Shown one piece after another: positions 11,020 through 24,264 of a stretch of 64,000 bases of DNA. Made by a program: the position numbers and the translations under genes. The DNA lies in NCBI RefSeq assembly GCF_963921235.1, contig NC_086097.1:2170001-2234000 (forward strand). Reading direction: 5' to 3'. Source of the DNA: Mobula hypostoma (lineage: Eukaryota). How positions within the stretch are numbered: the first letter of the stretch is position 1; each line of letters starts with the position of its first letter. A model generated the notes under the pieces. That model had not been told where the DNA came from. It saw nothing but the letters and a program-made list of their open reading frames with translations, and did no database searches.

Positions 11020-14000
11020 TTGTACACAATTATCTTCCTTTCAATGAGTCTCGATTTCAGAAGGTTCAGTACAGTGCCTCTTCTTGGAGTCCCCAGAATA
11101 TCAGAATGCACATCAAATTATTCATAGTTTTTTTTTAACAAGTTGAGCTTTGAGACATCATGAGGTGAAAAGCAGCGAGTTAAACCTCTCTGGCAGTGGC
11201 CCCCAGTCAGCCATTCAAAACAACCCGAGTCCTAGATGAACTGAAGATTGAAAGAATTGAGGGAGAGGCCACTGAAAATGTTATGATTTATTTTTTAGTA
11301 TTTTGATGACAGTACGATCATGCACACAGTGAGAAGGAGCACAGTTAGTTTCAAGGCACATGTGAGGGAATTGGTCAAACCTAAGTGATTTCACTGTAGA
11401 GTAGAGCCAGATCTGCAGTTGGTACAGGCTTCACCACAATACAGACTTGACTTCAACACAAGACTTCACTTCAGCCAGCTTCAAACATCTCAGGTAATAC
11501 AAACAGAAAGCCACTATTCACTAACACACAAGTCACTGGCTATGTGCAATTATTTCATTCTCCTTTACACTTGTGTACTGGAAATGACATTAAACAATCT
11601 TGAATTGGTTGAAGTAAATAAGAGGTAGTGTATCCTGTTAACATGCAGCCATGGTCAGTTACATATACAGTTCTATAGGTTACACCAGACATAGGCAACA
11701 GCAGCAAATTATACAGGCTGAATAAAACATCAGGGATCATTTCAAAAATTATGCATGAAACAGAAAATATGCAATAACATAGGTATAATGTACTGGCCAT
11801 GATTATAACAGGATGGTTCACAATAGTTTCTGGATATTGCAAGCACTCTTTGTAAGCCATTGCTCATCAGTATGAACTGAAACTACATCTGAGACCCGAT
11901 TGTGATGAGTGTCTGCTGAACGTAACTTTTACATTACCAAACCAAAGGTCCATTGCATCCAGAGTTGACAATGTGAACGGCAACTCAGTCAGTGTAACTC
12001 CCGTTTGTCTTACATTCCCACGTTAAGACATCTCAATTGTGACCCACGGACTGCTCCCTGTTCACACCAGACGTGAATGGCCATCAGTCCAGATGAACCC
12101 AGGGTGACGGGATCTTGTTTCAATCCCTCTTGCTGTTTAAATTATGGAATCAAGATCTTTGAAATTTCAAACAATTTGTCAGCATGTACAGATTCAGTGG
12201 AACAATTTTTGCACCGGCTGGGGTAAAATACAAGCCCAAGTGGAAATTCTGTTGCTTACTCCCTATAACAATTGGGTAAAAGTGGTAGGCAAGTCAATCT
12301 GTAAGCTTTAGTGTTGATTATCCATGAAACTCTTTAATTCTAATGTCCAAAAGAAGCAGAACAAATGGGAATTGATGACAAGCCTCCATACTGAACAAAA
12401 AGATGGCACCATTAAAGGCGACTGTTTGTGTAAAGCTCTGAAGGGAATCATCAGATAGATCCGTTCAGGACGTCTACAGCTGAAATCCAGTCACAGACAT
12501 GGTACTTCCATAAACAACATTCCAGGAACAGCTTCTTCCCCTCCACTATCAGATTTCTGAATGGACAATGAATCCATCTATATTACCTCACTATTCTTCC
12601 CTCTATTTTTCCACTACTTATTTAATTTTATTTTATTTTTCTATATATATTTCTTATTGCAATTTATAATTTTTATTATGTATTGTAATGTACTGCTACT
12701 ACAAAAGAAAACAAATTTCACAACATATGCCAGTGATACTAAACCCGTTTCTGACTCTGAAAAATCTACAGGACCTGGAGGAAAAGTCAAAGACGTGGTG
12801 AAAAGTTGCTCAAGCCCTCTGACCTGAAACTGAAGCACTATTCTAAAACTTGACAAACATTCATACTGTGGCCCCCATTAGAAAGAGCCAGCATTCGGGG
12901 ACAGCACGTTGTCCATGGAGAGGGTTTGCTGATATTTGTGCAGGAGTCAGTATCCCTCTAGGCTGGGGCAGAGGTCACTGGACAGGCCCTGAGGAGCTGA
13001 TTCCTCTAGCTCACCTGCCCGTTCAATGCTTTTCCTCACTGACCAAGGATTTAGAAATTTCACTCAAGGCGCCATTTGAAATTTGGTTTTGATAATGCAA
13101 CAAGTTGGCATGCTCTGGCTCCATCTCGACATGTTTTCCTCAAAGTCTGCCTCTAAACATTCCAAAACAATACATTTTAAGGGTTACAGTTTAGCATTCC
13201 AAATGCAATATGATAGGATGATTCGTATGGCAACAGTGCCAATGGTCAGTGAGAATGGAGCTTTAATGCCACCCTTAGGAATACAACAGATTACTGATTG
13301 CGTTTGCCTATTGTGCGATTACAGTTTTATCTACAGAAGGTCACAATCACATCTGGGTGAATTTGCACCCCTCACAAAGCTGGGCTAGCTCATTGGGATG
13401 CAGGGTCAGATGTGCATAGAATGAAGTCAGTCACTGAGCCTGCCTCCCGTGTTGGGAGAATAATCAATTCGTGACAGTCACAAAGGAAAAAAAAACAGAA
13501 CACAAAGAAATCCATGTGGGTGTTGAATTAAAGGCTGTCCATTCTGATTTTGAGCCTAACATCTGAAGGGTTTATAGTCAATGATCAAAATGGCCCTGGC
13601 ATCATGTTTCATTGCCCACCATTATCTGCAGCCTTGTACCTCAATACATCACACTGCAACCCTTACCTCAGTGATCACCCTGCAGATCAAAATGGCATCA
13701 AACCACTCATATCCTGGCTCTCCATTAGGGCAGTGAGTCTCATGGGGGGGGGGGGATGTTAGTGAAGGGCACATTGCTACCCCCAACCCCCATCTGCATA
13801 GCTAGTTCCTGGTTGCCATGGTGATGGGTTCTTTAAGGCCTGGAGACTTTATTTGCACCCAGTTCAGCCAAACTATGGGAATGACAATGATTCTGCGTGG
13901 CTCCCATCAGGAAATGCCTGGGTCTCTTACTTCTCTTTCTAGGTGAAAACAGCATTGCTGCTGCCTGATTTTCCAATGGGAAAGATGACTTAATGCTAAT

Positions 14001-14111
14001 GCCAAAAGCAATGATGTTTTACAGCATCAAACACATGTGAAGCCCAGTTTCTAAGGAACAATTATTTTAAATCTATGACAACAAAAAACACAATTCATTT
14101 ATAAACTGCCT

Positions 14112-14117
14112 TTTAAT
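14112..14117 (-). promoter_or_regulatory. Candidate distal ITPK1 poly(A) signal (ATTAAA)
   Basis: Minus strand reads ATTAAA followed about 20 nt later by TGTGTTTTTTGTTGTC, a GU-rich downstream element. A proximal AATAAA lies at about 18773-18778. Confidence 0.3.
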
Positions 14118-15831
14118 CCAATCAACTAACAAAACCATGGTACCCCATGGTGACACAGGAGGGTGCAGATACTGGAGCCTACACCAACCCAATGACAACT
14201 TGAGCTGTTCTGCCACTGTGACTTTGCACGTTGCCTGATGTGCAGTACAGAGCGCTCCGTTGACTGATGCTATCAACTGCTCTGCCAAGAGTAAAACAGA
14301 AAGCATGAAAAACAAAAAAAAACTCAACTAGTGCCATTCAATTAATATTTTACCCTTAATATAACTAGGTGAAATTGCAAATTAAAGTTAAAAATTGATC
14401 ATTTTGAAGGGGGCATATCTGTCTCCTTCCCAGGTCCTCACTATGGCATTCCCCCTCTCCTCTTGGTCACATAGGAAGACTTTGCATGAAAATCAGTTTG
14501 CACTCTCTGCTTTTGCCTTGTTCCATTTTTCAAATGTCTTTGTTCTCCGCTACGTTTAGACTCTTGATTTCTCTTCATCTTTGTCTGCCACCCCCTCTAA
14601 TCAAAATCTGCCCACCGTCACTGTTCACTGCAGAAGTTTTTACATTGGTAATAAATGGTCATTCACTGATACTCTCCTGAACATTGCAACATCTACAAAA
14701 GAAAATATGCTATAAAGCAATCTTTAAGACTCATATCATCTACACATTCTCTATGTCGATTATCTGCATCAAACTGAAACAACTGCTTTTGGGCGAAGGA
14801 CATCCCTTATGCTTCAAGTCAAGGCTGAGCAGTACACAAAGCTCCATTTCTTTTAATCCAAAAAGCAATGGACAGATAAAGCTGCAAAATCTGAACTGGT
14901 CCGATCCGAGTCACCAAACCTATCTGAATCAACCCTCAGAATGAGATTCAAAAGTCTTTCTCTATGGATCAACCAACGAATGTTCTTAAGTAATACTCAG
15001 TTAAACAAGACAAAGTTCTTCATGCCATAAAATTAGCAGAACAAACATAAAATATTTTTGGTTTTATATAAGCAGCAGTTATTAAAATTAGAAAGGTATA
15101 AATAAAAAATGAATACATCCTGGTGTGTAGACTATTAACAATGATGCCACAAAATATATATCACATTTAATACACACTCCAGTCACTATCACACAGCTTA
15201 AAATATTGTGCAATATTATCAGAAAGCTTTAGGCAACGTAATAACAACAGCTGAATGGATGCAATACATTAAATTTAGCTTAATCCTGAACTGCTGAGTT
15301 TCAGATAAGCCAGGAATTTGTTAAAATAGAACAGGTGTATGCTTCCGTACGTGGAAGATACCAGCTTAGGATATTGCCTTTTGCGACAACTGAACACATG
15401 AAGGGAAATAGAATGTGTGTCACAATCTATGCAAAAGTAGATCTTTATAACTGTTGGATTAGACCAGGAGTTCCCAACATGTGGTCCATGAACCCCTTGG
15501 TTAATGGTGAGGCTCATTGGCATAAAAAAAAAAGAGGTTGGGAACCCCCCCTCCCCCCCCCGGATCAGACTGTACAATTGTTATTTTGTTTTGCAGTTTA
15601 ATAATTAATTACCTGCTTGTATTTTTATAACTACTTATATATATATATATGTAACTGTTTAGTATACTTACTAGTGGTTACAGTATGTATATGCAATTGA
15701 TCAGTCTGTCCTCTAATGGTCACAGTGTGTATATACAGTTGTTCAGTCTGTCCTCCAGTGGTTACACTTCTTTGAAAATTCTGGAAGCTTCTCTAGTGCT
15801 GCATGATTTGAATAGGGCTTTCTGATTGGTT

Positions 15832-16067
15832 TAATCTGAAACAAGAGAAAATCTGCAGATGCTGGAAATCCAAGCAACAGACACAAAATGCTGGAGGAAT
15901 TCAGCAGGCCAGGTAGCATCTATGGAAAAAAGTACAGTTGACATTTCAGGCCGAGACCCTTCATCAGGACTCCTAGTAAAGGGTCTTGGCCTGAAACGTT
16001 GATTGTACTGTTTTCCATAGATGCTGCTTGGCCTGCTGAGTTCCTTCAGCATTTTGTGTCTGTGTTG
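15832..16067. mobile_element. Palindromic Penelope-derived insertion
   Basis: Inverted arms meeting at a hammerhead motif; TSD TCTGATTGGTT (15821-15831, 16068-16078). Confidence 0.85.
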
Positions 16068-16766
16068 TCTGATTGGTTGGCTCTTATCTGCAAATTTGAA
16101 TGGAATGTTTGTTTTCTATGGTATAATAAGAGCTAACTATGTGACCACACCATCTTTGCCTCTTCTCTCCCTTTCCCTACTAGACCTCTACAATTACCGC
16201 TTAATAAAACCATGGTGAAGCAACACATTTTGAGCCTCTTTCCTGACTTCCGATAGAACCTTGGACAAAAACCATCAGAATCCAACATCTCTCAACTGAA
16301 CATGTTCCATGTTGCAGCATACACGTTATTCTTCCACAAACCCAGACACCGATGAAAGTTTGATGGACTGCCTGCTGTTATAGAGAAAAGGCTGCTGAGA
16401 GAAGAACACGGTGTAAAGTACAAGGCTATAAATGTCCCATTTCAGTTCTACTTAACCAAACCACAGGCTTAATTTTCCAACTACCCTGCCAAGTTCCTCC
16501 TCACCATGAACCCCTCCCATTCAAAAGGATCTCAGCAAAATAATAACGAAACCTCTCCTCCCCATGTATGAACACAGAATAACCGGCAGTAGTACTGAAA
16601 CCTCCCCTCCCAAACACTCTTCCCACCCCCACCCCACGTACCAACACAAATTAACTAGCAAGGGAAGGGGAAAACACAGTTTTAGTACTGATCTTCCACA
16701 AGGTGCCAGCAACTGGGAAACATGGACTGAAGGAAAATGAGTAATATATTTTGAGAGAGTTTACAT

Positions 16767-17020
16767 CAGTGGTCCCCAACCACCGGGCCGCAGACCAATA
16801 CATTGCTGCAAAGAATGCAATGGTAGTTGGAACGCACCCGGCACATCTTTAAGAAAAAAGCTGAAATAAACGAGTTAATTAATTACATGCCAGCTGGCAC
16901 CTAATTAATTAGCTTGTTTATTTTGGCTTTTTTCTTAAAGATGTGCCGGGTGCGTCCCGACTACCACTGCATTCTTCGCGGCAATGTATCGGTCCGCGGC
17001 CTGGAGGTTGGGGACCACTG
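16767..17020. mobile_element. hAT-type palindromic MITE
   Basis: Ends CAGTGGTCCCCAACC...GGTTGGGGACCACTG; the whole 254 bp is an imperfect inverted repeat. Perfect 8-bp TSD GTTTACAT (16759-16766, 17021-17028). Confidence 0.93.
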
Positions 17021-19310
17021 GTTTACATTATCGAACGTGACCTTATAAAAAATCTGCCAACAATGTGATACAATGAATTTGTTCTGTTATCCATGACTTC
17101 CTTATTTTGGCCTTGTTCAACGGTCAGACAAACTTAAGGATGTTAAACTCCCTAAATTTCTTCTAACAAAATTACTGAGTGAAATTTACTTTGTTCTGAA
17201 TTCCATGAGTGGAATGTGGCAGATTAGATACGACTGTAGGACATAGGAGCAGCACTGGCCTATCCAGTCTGCTCCGCCATTCCAACCTGACTGATACATT
17301 TTCCCTCTCCTGCCTCCTCCTTGTAACCATCAACACCCTGACTAATAAAGATCCTATCAACTTCCACTTTAAATATACTCAATGACTTGGCTTCCACTGC
17401 CGTCTGTGGAAATGAATTCCACAGATTCATCATCCTCTGGATAAAGAAATTCCCCCTCATCTCTGTTCTAAATGGAACTGTACCCTTTAAATGTTGAATT
17501 ATCCATTTATGCCTTTAAGCTGTTGGTGCCAAGGATGGATTGTTAGGGTGGTTTAAAAGTGCCACCTCCTGGTAATATTGCACATTGACATATGATTGTG
17601 AAGCTCCAATTCAATAGAAAACAAAGTAATTAAGTTCCAATGTTCAATGTTTAAATGCTAAATTGCCTTTCAGTAGTCAGACGGAAGACTGAAGCAGTGT
17701 GACTGAGCCTTGCCAATGCTGACAGGACAGTGGGGATATGGGCAGAAAGCCAGCCAACCCTCACTAACTTTCATCCAACAAGGCAAGACAGGAAAAGCAC
17801 TAACATGTCAAATATCCACTGCACTAAGCTATTTACTGTAATCATATTTGGACCTGGTTTCCACGAGGAGGAACAAATACAAATCAATCCCAGGCCAGAA
17901 TCATAGTTAAGAGTTGCCCGAAGATTAGGGTGGTGCAAAGGTGTAGCTTTTCAGCATAATCTCAATAACATATTCCTTCTGCAAATAAATCAAATGAGCT
18001 AGTGCGATTATTAAACCAAAAATATGATGCAGATTTTAACCTGGATGCATTGTCCATTCAGCCTGCAATGTTCGTACACAATGACTTTGGATTTGATTCA
18101 GAAAAGTATAAGTTTTTGATTCATGGTAGTCTGAGGAGCAGTGGATGGAATCCATAAAATAAACATGCCCACTTACCTTTGGTTAAAATCTCCCCCTACT
18201 GTTTCTTTCATATATCAAATGCTCAGAGAAGGAGTTCCAACAACTCCCTTCTGCTTCTTCATCTAAAATTAGCCAAAGACAGGTTCAATGTCGAATGCAA
18301 CAGAAACTCAAAAACGCCCATCAAATACTGAAGCCCTCTCATCCTGGAAAGAACTCGAGACCCCCTACCTATCCTCTGTTTGTAAATGGCAAGTCTGGGA
18401 AACAAACAAAAACATCCAGCAGATTGTACAAAGGAAATTTCCTCATTTCTTCTTCAAGAGAAGACTAGAGTAAAAGTAATGCTGATTTATAACACTGCAT
18501 TGTAAACATCACAAACAGATGAGGCTCTACAGCTATTTTCACTGAGCTTTGTTGAGACTTCGTTTCAAATCAGGAGATGGATGGAAGTATATTGTTAACA
18601 TCTATGAAATTTAATAATAATAAGACCATGAACGATATTACATCATACCTCTTCTTAGAATCTATGTTGTGCATTTTCAGAAGCTATTTATCTTACAAGT
18701 AAATATGCTGCAATCCCCACTTTACCACACTTCAACAGTCACCTCAATTTTACCCTTCTGAAGAGGAGAGCTTTTATTTACCGAGAACTTCTTTTGTCAG
18801 ATAAAGCCCACAGCAAAGTCTTGTCCCAAAACTCAATCAGATTCTTGCAACCTGACAGAACAGATCTCACTGGAGTTTAACCAACCATGGATTTCACAGA
18901 ACTCTCGGAATAGTGTGCAGCTCCTGACAGGACACTGCACAGTAATTTAAAGAGGTTCCTGTGCGCTGACTGAGGTGAACTCATGGGGGAGAGAAATGAA
19001 GTGCCCAAATTAATTGGATGAAAATAAAGGGGTTCCTGTTGAACTGAATTAGCCAATTAAGGTTGACTCCCGTTCCGGTATGGTAAATCCCTAACAAAGC
19101 AATTGTTGCTAATATCAATGCTTCAGAAGAACTAGGTTGAGTATCCAAACTTTGACGTAAACTGATCCTCAAGAAACCTTTCCATACTGTGCTCCAGTCC
19201 CTGCACCAACCTGTGAAGTCATTCAAACATAAGTTGGTCTATTGATTTAAGAAATTGGATCGTGTTGATCCCCAATAATGATTTTTTTTGCGCTTGGATT
19301 TAGTCAGTAG

Positions 19311-19627
19311 TTATTGCGAGGAAGCTTTAGTTGCCATTGGGGCAACACAGTTCTGAAAGTTGGGTGGCAAAGCTGAATTGCAGGTTAGCCTCTGGTGCTG
19401 CATCTTCTTGCCGTTGCCCGGGTCATCCTCCATAAGCCACGCCTCCTTTGTCGTCATGGTCACAAAGCCCGAGGCGGCAGGACAGGCCCGGTCCCCACAG
19501 ATGCTTGCGGCCTGCTCAGGCGCAGTATTGTTCAGGCCACACGGAGACGACTCTGGGTTTTGATCTTGCAGTACAACTTGAATGTGGTTTATCAGTTCAG
19601 TGAAGAACTCTGGAACGCCTTCATATC
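19311..19627 (-). CDS. ITPK1: ITPK1 terminal coding exon
   Basis: Acceptor ttgttgcAG. Translates (G)YEGVPEFFTELINHIQVVLQ...QHQRLTCNSALPPNFQNCVAPMATKASSQ*; the ATKASSQ end matches human ITPK1. TAA at 19313-19311. Confidence 0.97.
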
Positions 19628-20854
19628 CTGCAACAAACACAAGGTACGTGATTTGTTTTCCTGACACTAGTATTCTTTGCTGCTTATTTTAGGAAATTGA
19701 ATCAATATTTAGAAGGGATCACGCTTCCTTGAGAAAATTTCTATTGAGTGATTAGGATTGGCCTGATGGACATACTGGCCTGGACAGTCCCTTTCAGTGC
19801 AGGTGAGTGCCAGCCTCATTTTAAGCTGAGGCATCCACATCTCTGGATTCAAAACAGTGCCCAGAAATCAAAACTAAAGCCACTTTCAGGTGTAACAGTT
19901 AGGGTAACCAACAAACATCACCCCAGTCAGGGCCCATCTTGGCCTGACATGGCGGGATCAAAGAACATGGCAGGCATGGTGGGGATGTGGGTAGAAGGTG
20001 ACAATGGTTAGAGATGGTGGGGGAGCTGGTGAAGGACGAATATTTTCAGCATTTTCTGTTTTCATTGGAGGTTTCCAGCATCTACATTTTTGTTTTGGAT
20101 TTTCAAGGAAGAACTCTGCACTGTGGTGAGGGGATAATCAGACTGGGGCCTGTGGGTTGGGCTGACAACATGGATCGGTACACTGGTAACTGGCCTGGAG
20201 CAGGTCAAGGGGCAGTTGGTGAATCTAGCACCAGAGGGCACAGCCTCAGAATAGAGGAACAGTGATGAGAAGGAATTTCTTTACCCAGAGGATGGTGAAT
20301 CTGTGGAATTTATTGCCATAGACAGCTATGGAAGCCAAGTCATTGGGTATATTTAATGCAGAGGTTGATAGGTTCTTGATTAGTCAGGGCGTTAAAGGTT
20401 ACGGGGAGAAGGCAGAAGAATGGGGTTGAGAGGGATAATAAATCAGCCATGATGGAATGGCAGAGCAGACTCGATGGGCTGAATGGCCTGATTCTGCTCC
20501 TATGTCTGATGGTCTATTACATCGTACCAGGGGACGAAAGCACGGTGTTTACCCGATGAGGATCACAAGCTAACACTGCACTGGGAATACTGAGCTGATC
20601 CAAAAGCAAGAAACAATAGCTTCTCCTGGGAAAATTTTGTCCTAGTTTTCCCAAAATGGCCCAAACAGGAATGGGTTCAGCTGTGTGCAAACGATGAAGG
20701 AACTGTTTCAGGGTCAAAGAGCAACTCCCACCAGAAAGAGTCAGTCAGGGGTGATGATAAACTGCCCTGCAATGTTTACTTGCCCCATTCAACCTATCAC
20801 ACTGGAATAAGAAAATAATTCAAGTCTTTTATTTTATTTTAGCTAACTCCACCA

Positions 20855-21085
20855 TGGACCATCCCAAGCCCAACCGCAAAAGAAGGGTTGGGCATTGGTC
20901 AAGCAACCCTATCACATAAAAACCCAGTGCTTTAGAAATGCCAACAGAGGCTGCAGAGATTTCATCCCGGGGAGGAGGAGGATTCGAAAGAAGGACTACA
21001 CCTGGGCCAACTTGAAAGACCGGCCAGGACAGAGGACTCCGGTGACCTGCTATTGGCAACCATGCCCCAGTAGTGGTGACAGCTC
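20855..21085 (+). mobile_element. Short RTE-derived non-autonomous element
   Basis: CCAAGCCC...GGGTTGGGC...GCAACCC...TAAAAACC head and an RTE-like 3' end (CAGGACAGAGGACTC...ATGCCCCAGTAG). Confidence 0.45.
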
Positions 21086-21089
21086 AACC

Positions 21090-21843
21090 GTTCACACCCC
21101 TCTCTACATCAGTGGCACAGCAGTGGGCATTGCATGCAGTTTCAAACTCCTATAAGGGCACATCTTAAACACCCTCTCATGGTGTCAGAACACAGTGTAC
21201 ACAATCAGGAAAGCTCACCAACATCTCTACTTTCTGAGGAGGCTGAGGAGAGCTGGACTTTGTACATCTGTACTCAAGTTATTCTACAGAACATCCTAAC
21301 GAGCTGTGTCACTGCATGATATGGAAACTGCACTGCGATGAACAAGGCGGCTCCACAACGGATCGTGAACACTGTCCAACGCATCACTGTCACCGGCCTA
21401 CCAGCCATCAAGGACAAAGGGACAAGGAAAGGTGCCAGAAAAGGACCAGTAACATCATGAAGGATCCCACCCACCCTGCTCATGGACTGTTTACTCCACT
21501 CCCATCAGGGAGGAGGCTACATAGCGTCCACGACAGGACCACCAGACTCAAAAACAGTGACTTTCCCCAAGCAGTAAGGCCGATCAACACCTCCACCCAG
21601 TAACCCACCCTCCACACCCCCAACCACCACTACTTTATCATTTCCTTTCAGTCACCTTATGTACAGACACTCCTGTGCCTAGTGTCACTTTATGAACACA
21701 CAGTCAATTTATATTTATTGTGTTTTTTATTATTGTGCTCTTTATCTTATTGTGCTTTTTTTGTGCTGCATTTGATCTGGACTAACAATTATTTTGTTCC
21801 CCTTTACACTTGTGTGCTGGAAATGACATTAAGCAATCTTGAA
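21090..21843 (+). mobile_element. Rex1/Babar-like 3' fragment (related: 22443-22870 -, 60930-61165 +, 61970-62255 -)
   Basis: IMKDPTHPAHGLFTPLPSGRR...RLKNSDFPQAVR; shared 3' end GGAAATGACATTAAACAATCTTGAA. Confidence 0.8.
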
Positions 21844-23426
21844 GGAAGTAAGTAGAGTATTTTAGCTAATAGAAAAATGTTCACTTCTAAGCATTCATCA
21901 ACGATATTCTACACCATGAAATCTGTCTGCTCATCACCATCAGTCCGAGTTAGTCCCAGCATGATCAACTGAAGTACAAATTAGTCCTAAACATTTCTTT
22001 CCAAATTTGCCACAGCTGCAGTAAACATTCGCACAAGTTTTTAAAGAGTTCCAGTTATTTCTGCACATCATCATGCAGGGAGAGGAAGATATACTGCATC
22101 TCCTTCCTTTCCCTGAGCTAAGCATTTCTAAATTTCGTTTTAACTTGGGGATAAAGGAAGAAAGGTTTCTCTGTTCACACATGAGATACAATTAGAAGTT
22201 GGCTCTGATTTTTGAAAGTGTTTCTCATGATTTGGTTCCAGGTCCCATGAGAAACATTCTTTACTGTTCAAATTGAATCCAGTCTTCAATTTCAGTGATT
22301 GTAGTAAGAATCATTCCTGAAATCAGTCAAATTAAAATCACACTCTCTTTTGGACTTGGTCCAACACATCTCCGATCCAGACACATCAGTATTCCACTGA
22401 AATTTTTCGAAGGTGTTCCTATAAATAATTTTTATTATGAATTCAAGATTCAAGATTGTTTAATACCATTTCCTGGACACAAGTGTAAAGTAGGACAAAA
22501 GAATCTCCAGACCTGATGAAGCTTAAAATAAACACAATAAGATAAAGAACATAATAATAATACAAAATAAATATTAAATACATAAGGTAGCTTATATACA
22601 TAGATTGATTAAACGTCCATAACATGAAGTTAGGTACAGGAGTGTCTGTACATAAGGTGACTCTGACAGGAATTGATAAAGTAGTGGTGGTTGGGGATGT
22701 GGAGGGGTGGGTTAGTGGGTGGAGGTGTTGATCAGCCTTGTGCTTGGGGAAAGTAACTGCTTTTGAGTCTGGTTGTCCTGGTTTGGATGCTATGTAGCCT
22801 CCTCCCTGATGGGAGTGGGACAAACAGTCCATGAGCAGGGTGGGTGGAATCCTTCATGATGTTATTGTGCAGTAGTATTAAGGTAGGCTGAAATATCCCA
22901 TTGTCACTGAAGTTTCTTTCTCATGCAGGAGAAACATAATGAGAGGTTGTTTCCATCAGTTACCATCCAGAATCAACTGACACACACAAGGTCACAACTT
23001 CAATGAGATACAGCACTTGCCTAAAAGACCCATCTTCCAATTCAATGTAGATGGATTTGTGGTAGGATTACTTACACCTTGTACACCTGCATCACAACCA
23101 GTCACTTCCTTACATAGGACAATGCACATGAGAATGCACAGGTTCTCTCAGCTGCATGGCTCCTCGATCTGCCCTCTCATGATCCTCCTCTGCCTCTTTT
23201 CTACTATAAATTGCAGATATCCTTGGGGCATTTTGCAGATGGTTTGCATTGGAGTTACAGTACACGAGTGTGACAGAGGATAGTGGAGTGACTGCAAATC
23301 AGGCCACACAGGCTGAAGAGATCAATATCCTGCTCTGGTTCCTACGTTGACATTGATAGTGCAGCTCGAATAGACAGTCCATGACAGCAAACATTCATTG
23401 CATTAGTCCCAAAGCATCAGACATAC

Positions 23427-24247
23427 TGTTACAAACCCACAGGTTTCGTTTACTGTGGACTGTCACTTCAAAAGAGCACTTCAGTGAGGCAGGACTGTGA
23501 TGTTGTTCACTGACTGAGTTGCAGCTTGTTTACCTTTAAAGCAAGGACACAGACAGTCACGGTCAGAAGTCAGAAGAAGTGAGAGAGAACGATAGAGAGA
23601 GGAGCGAACCTGAAAAAGGGCAGCAACTCCAGCGTGTCGAAGCTGGGGATTTGGAACTCTGCTATACCCTCAAGGGTGGGTTGATCATCGATCCAGTGCA
23701 CATCAAACGTGTGGCTGTCACTTCGTATAATCCATAGGAGTGGATTAAGGAATGTCCCGTGGGACCACTCAAAATTAACCCTTGCCTGGGTACGTTATGT
23801 GGTAACCCCTTTGAAGACGACATCCCTGTGACAGATCATTCTGGTGGTAGTTGGTATGTGGATTTGGAACAGCTCGATGGAAGATCTTCGACAACTGATA
23901 TTTATTAATTACCATCGTGGAACCTGTGGAATTCGACGTAATTGCCTTTTCTCTACGTTTCACCCTGGATTACAAATATCTCTCTCCCATCACTCCTTCC
24001 GTGGATGAACCGAACTTTCCTACTTTACCATCTCAAGACTCTAAGCTTTGTTTCTCCAAGCTCAACATAGTTTGGGAGCTATATTGCACACATATATACA
24101 CATAACGCTGTTAACATTTGTTTATCTTGGTTAAGTTACGATATTATAAGTAGATAATAATAAAGATAGTGGTTTTAACATTAAAACCCGACTCAGTGTG
24201 AAATCTTTTGCTGCTGGTTTATTTCTAAAACGTTACAGTACGTAACA
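23427..24247 (+). mobile_element. Solo LTR, probably Gypsy-type
   Basis: TGTTAC...GTAACA ends, 4-bp TSD ATAC (23423-23426, 24248-24251), AATAAA at 24159-24164. Confidence 0.8.
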
Positions 24248-24264
24248 ATACAAATATGCCCTTT

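Noticed and set aside
11860..14000. Short ORFs in the unique CHGA-ITPK1 intergenic stretch
   Set aside because: No recognisable motifs or consistent exon structure; lengths compatible with chance.
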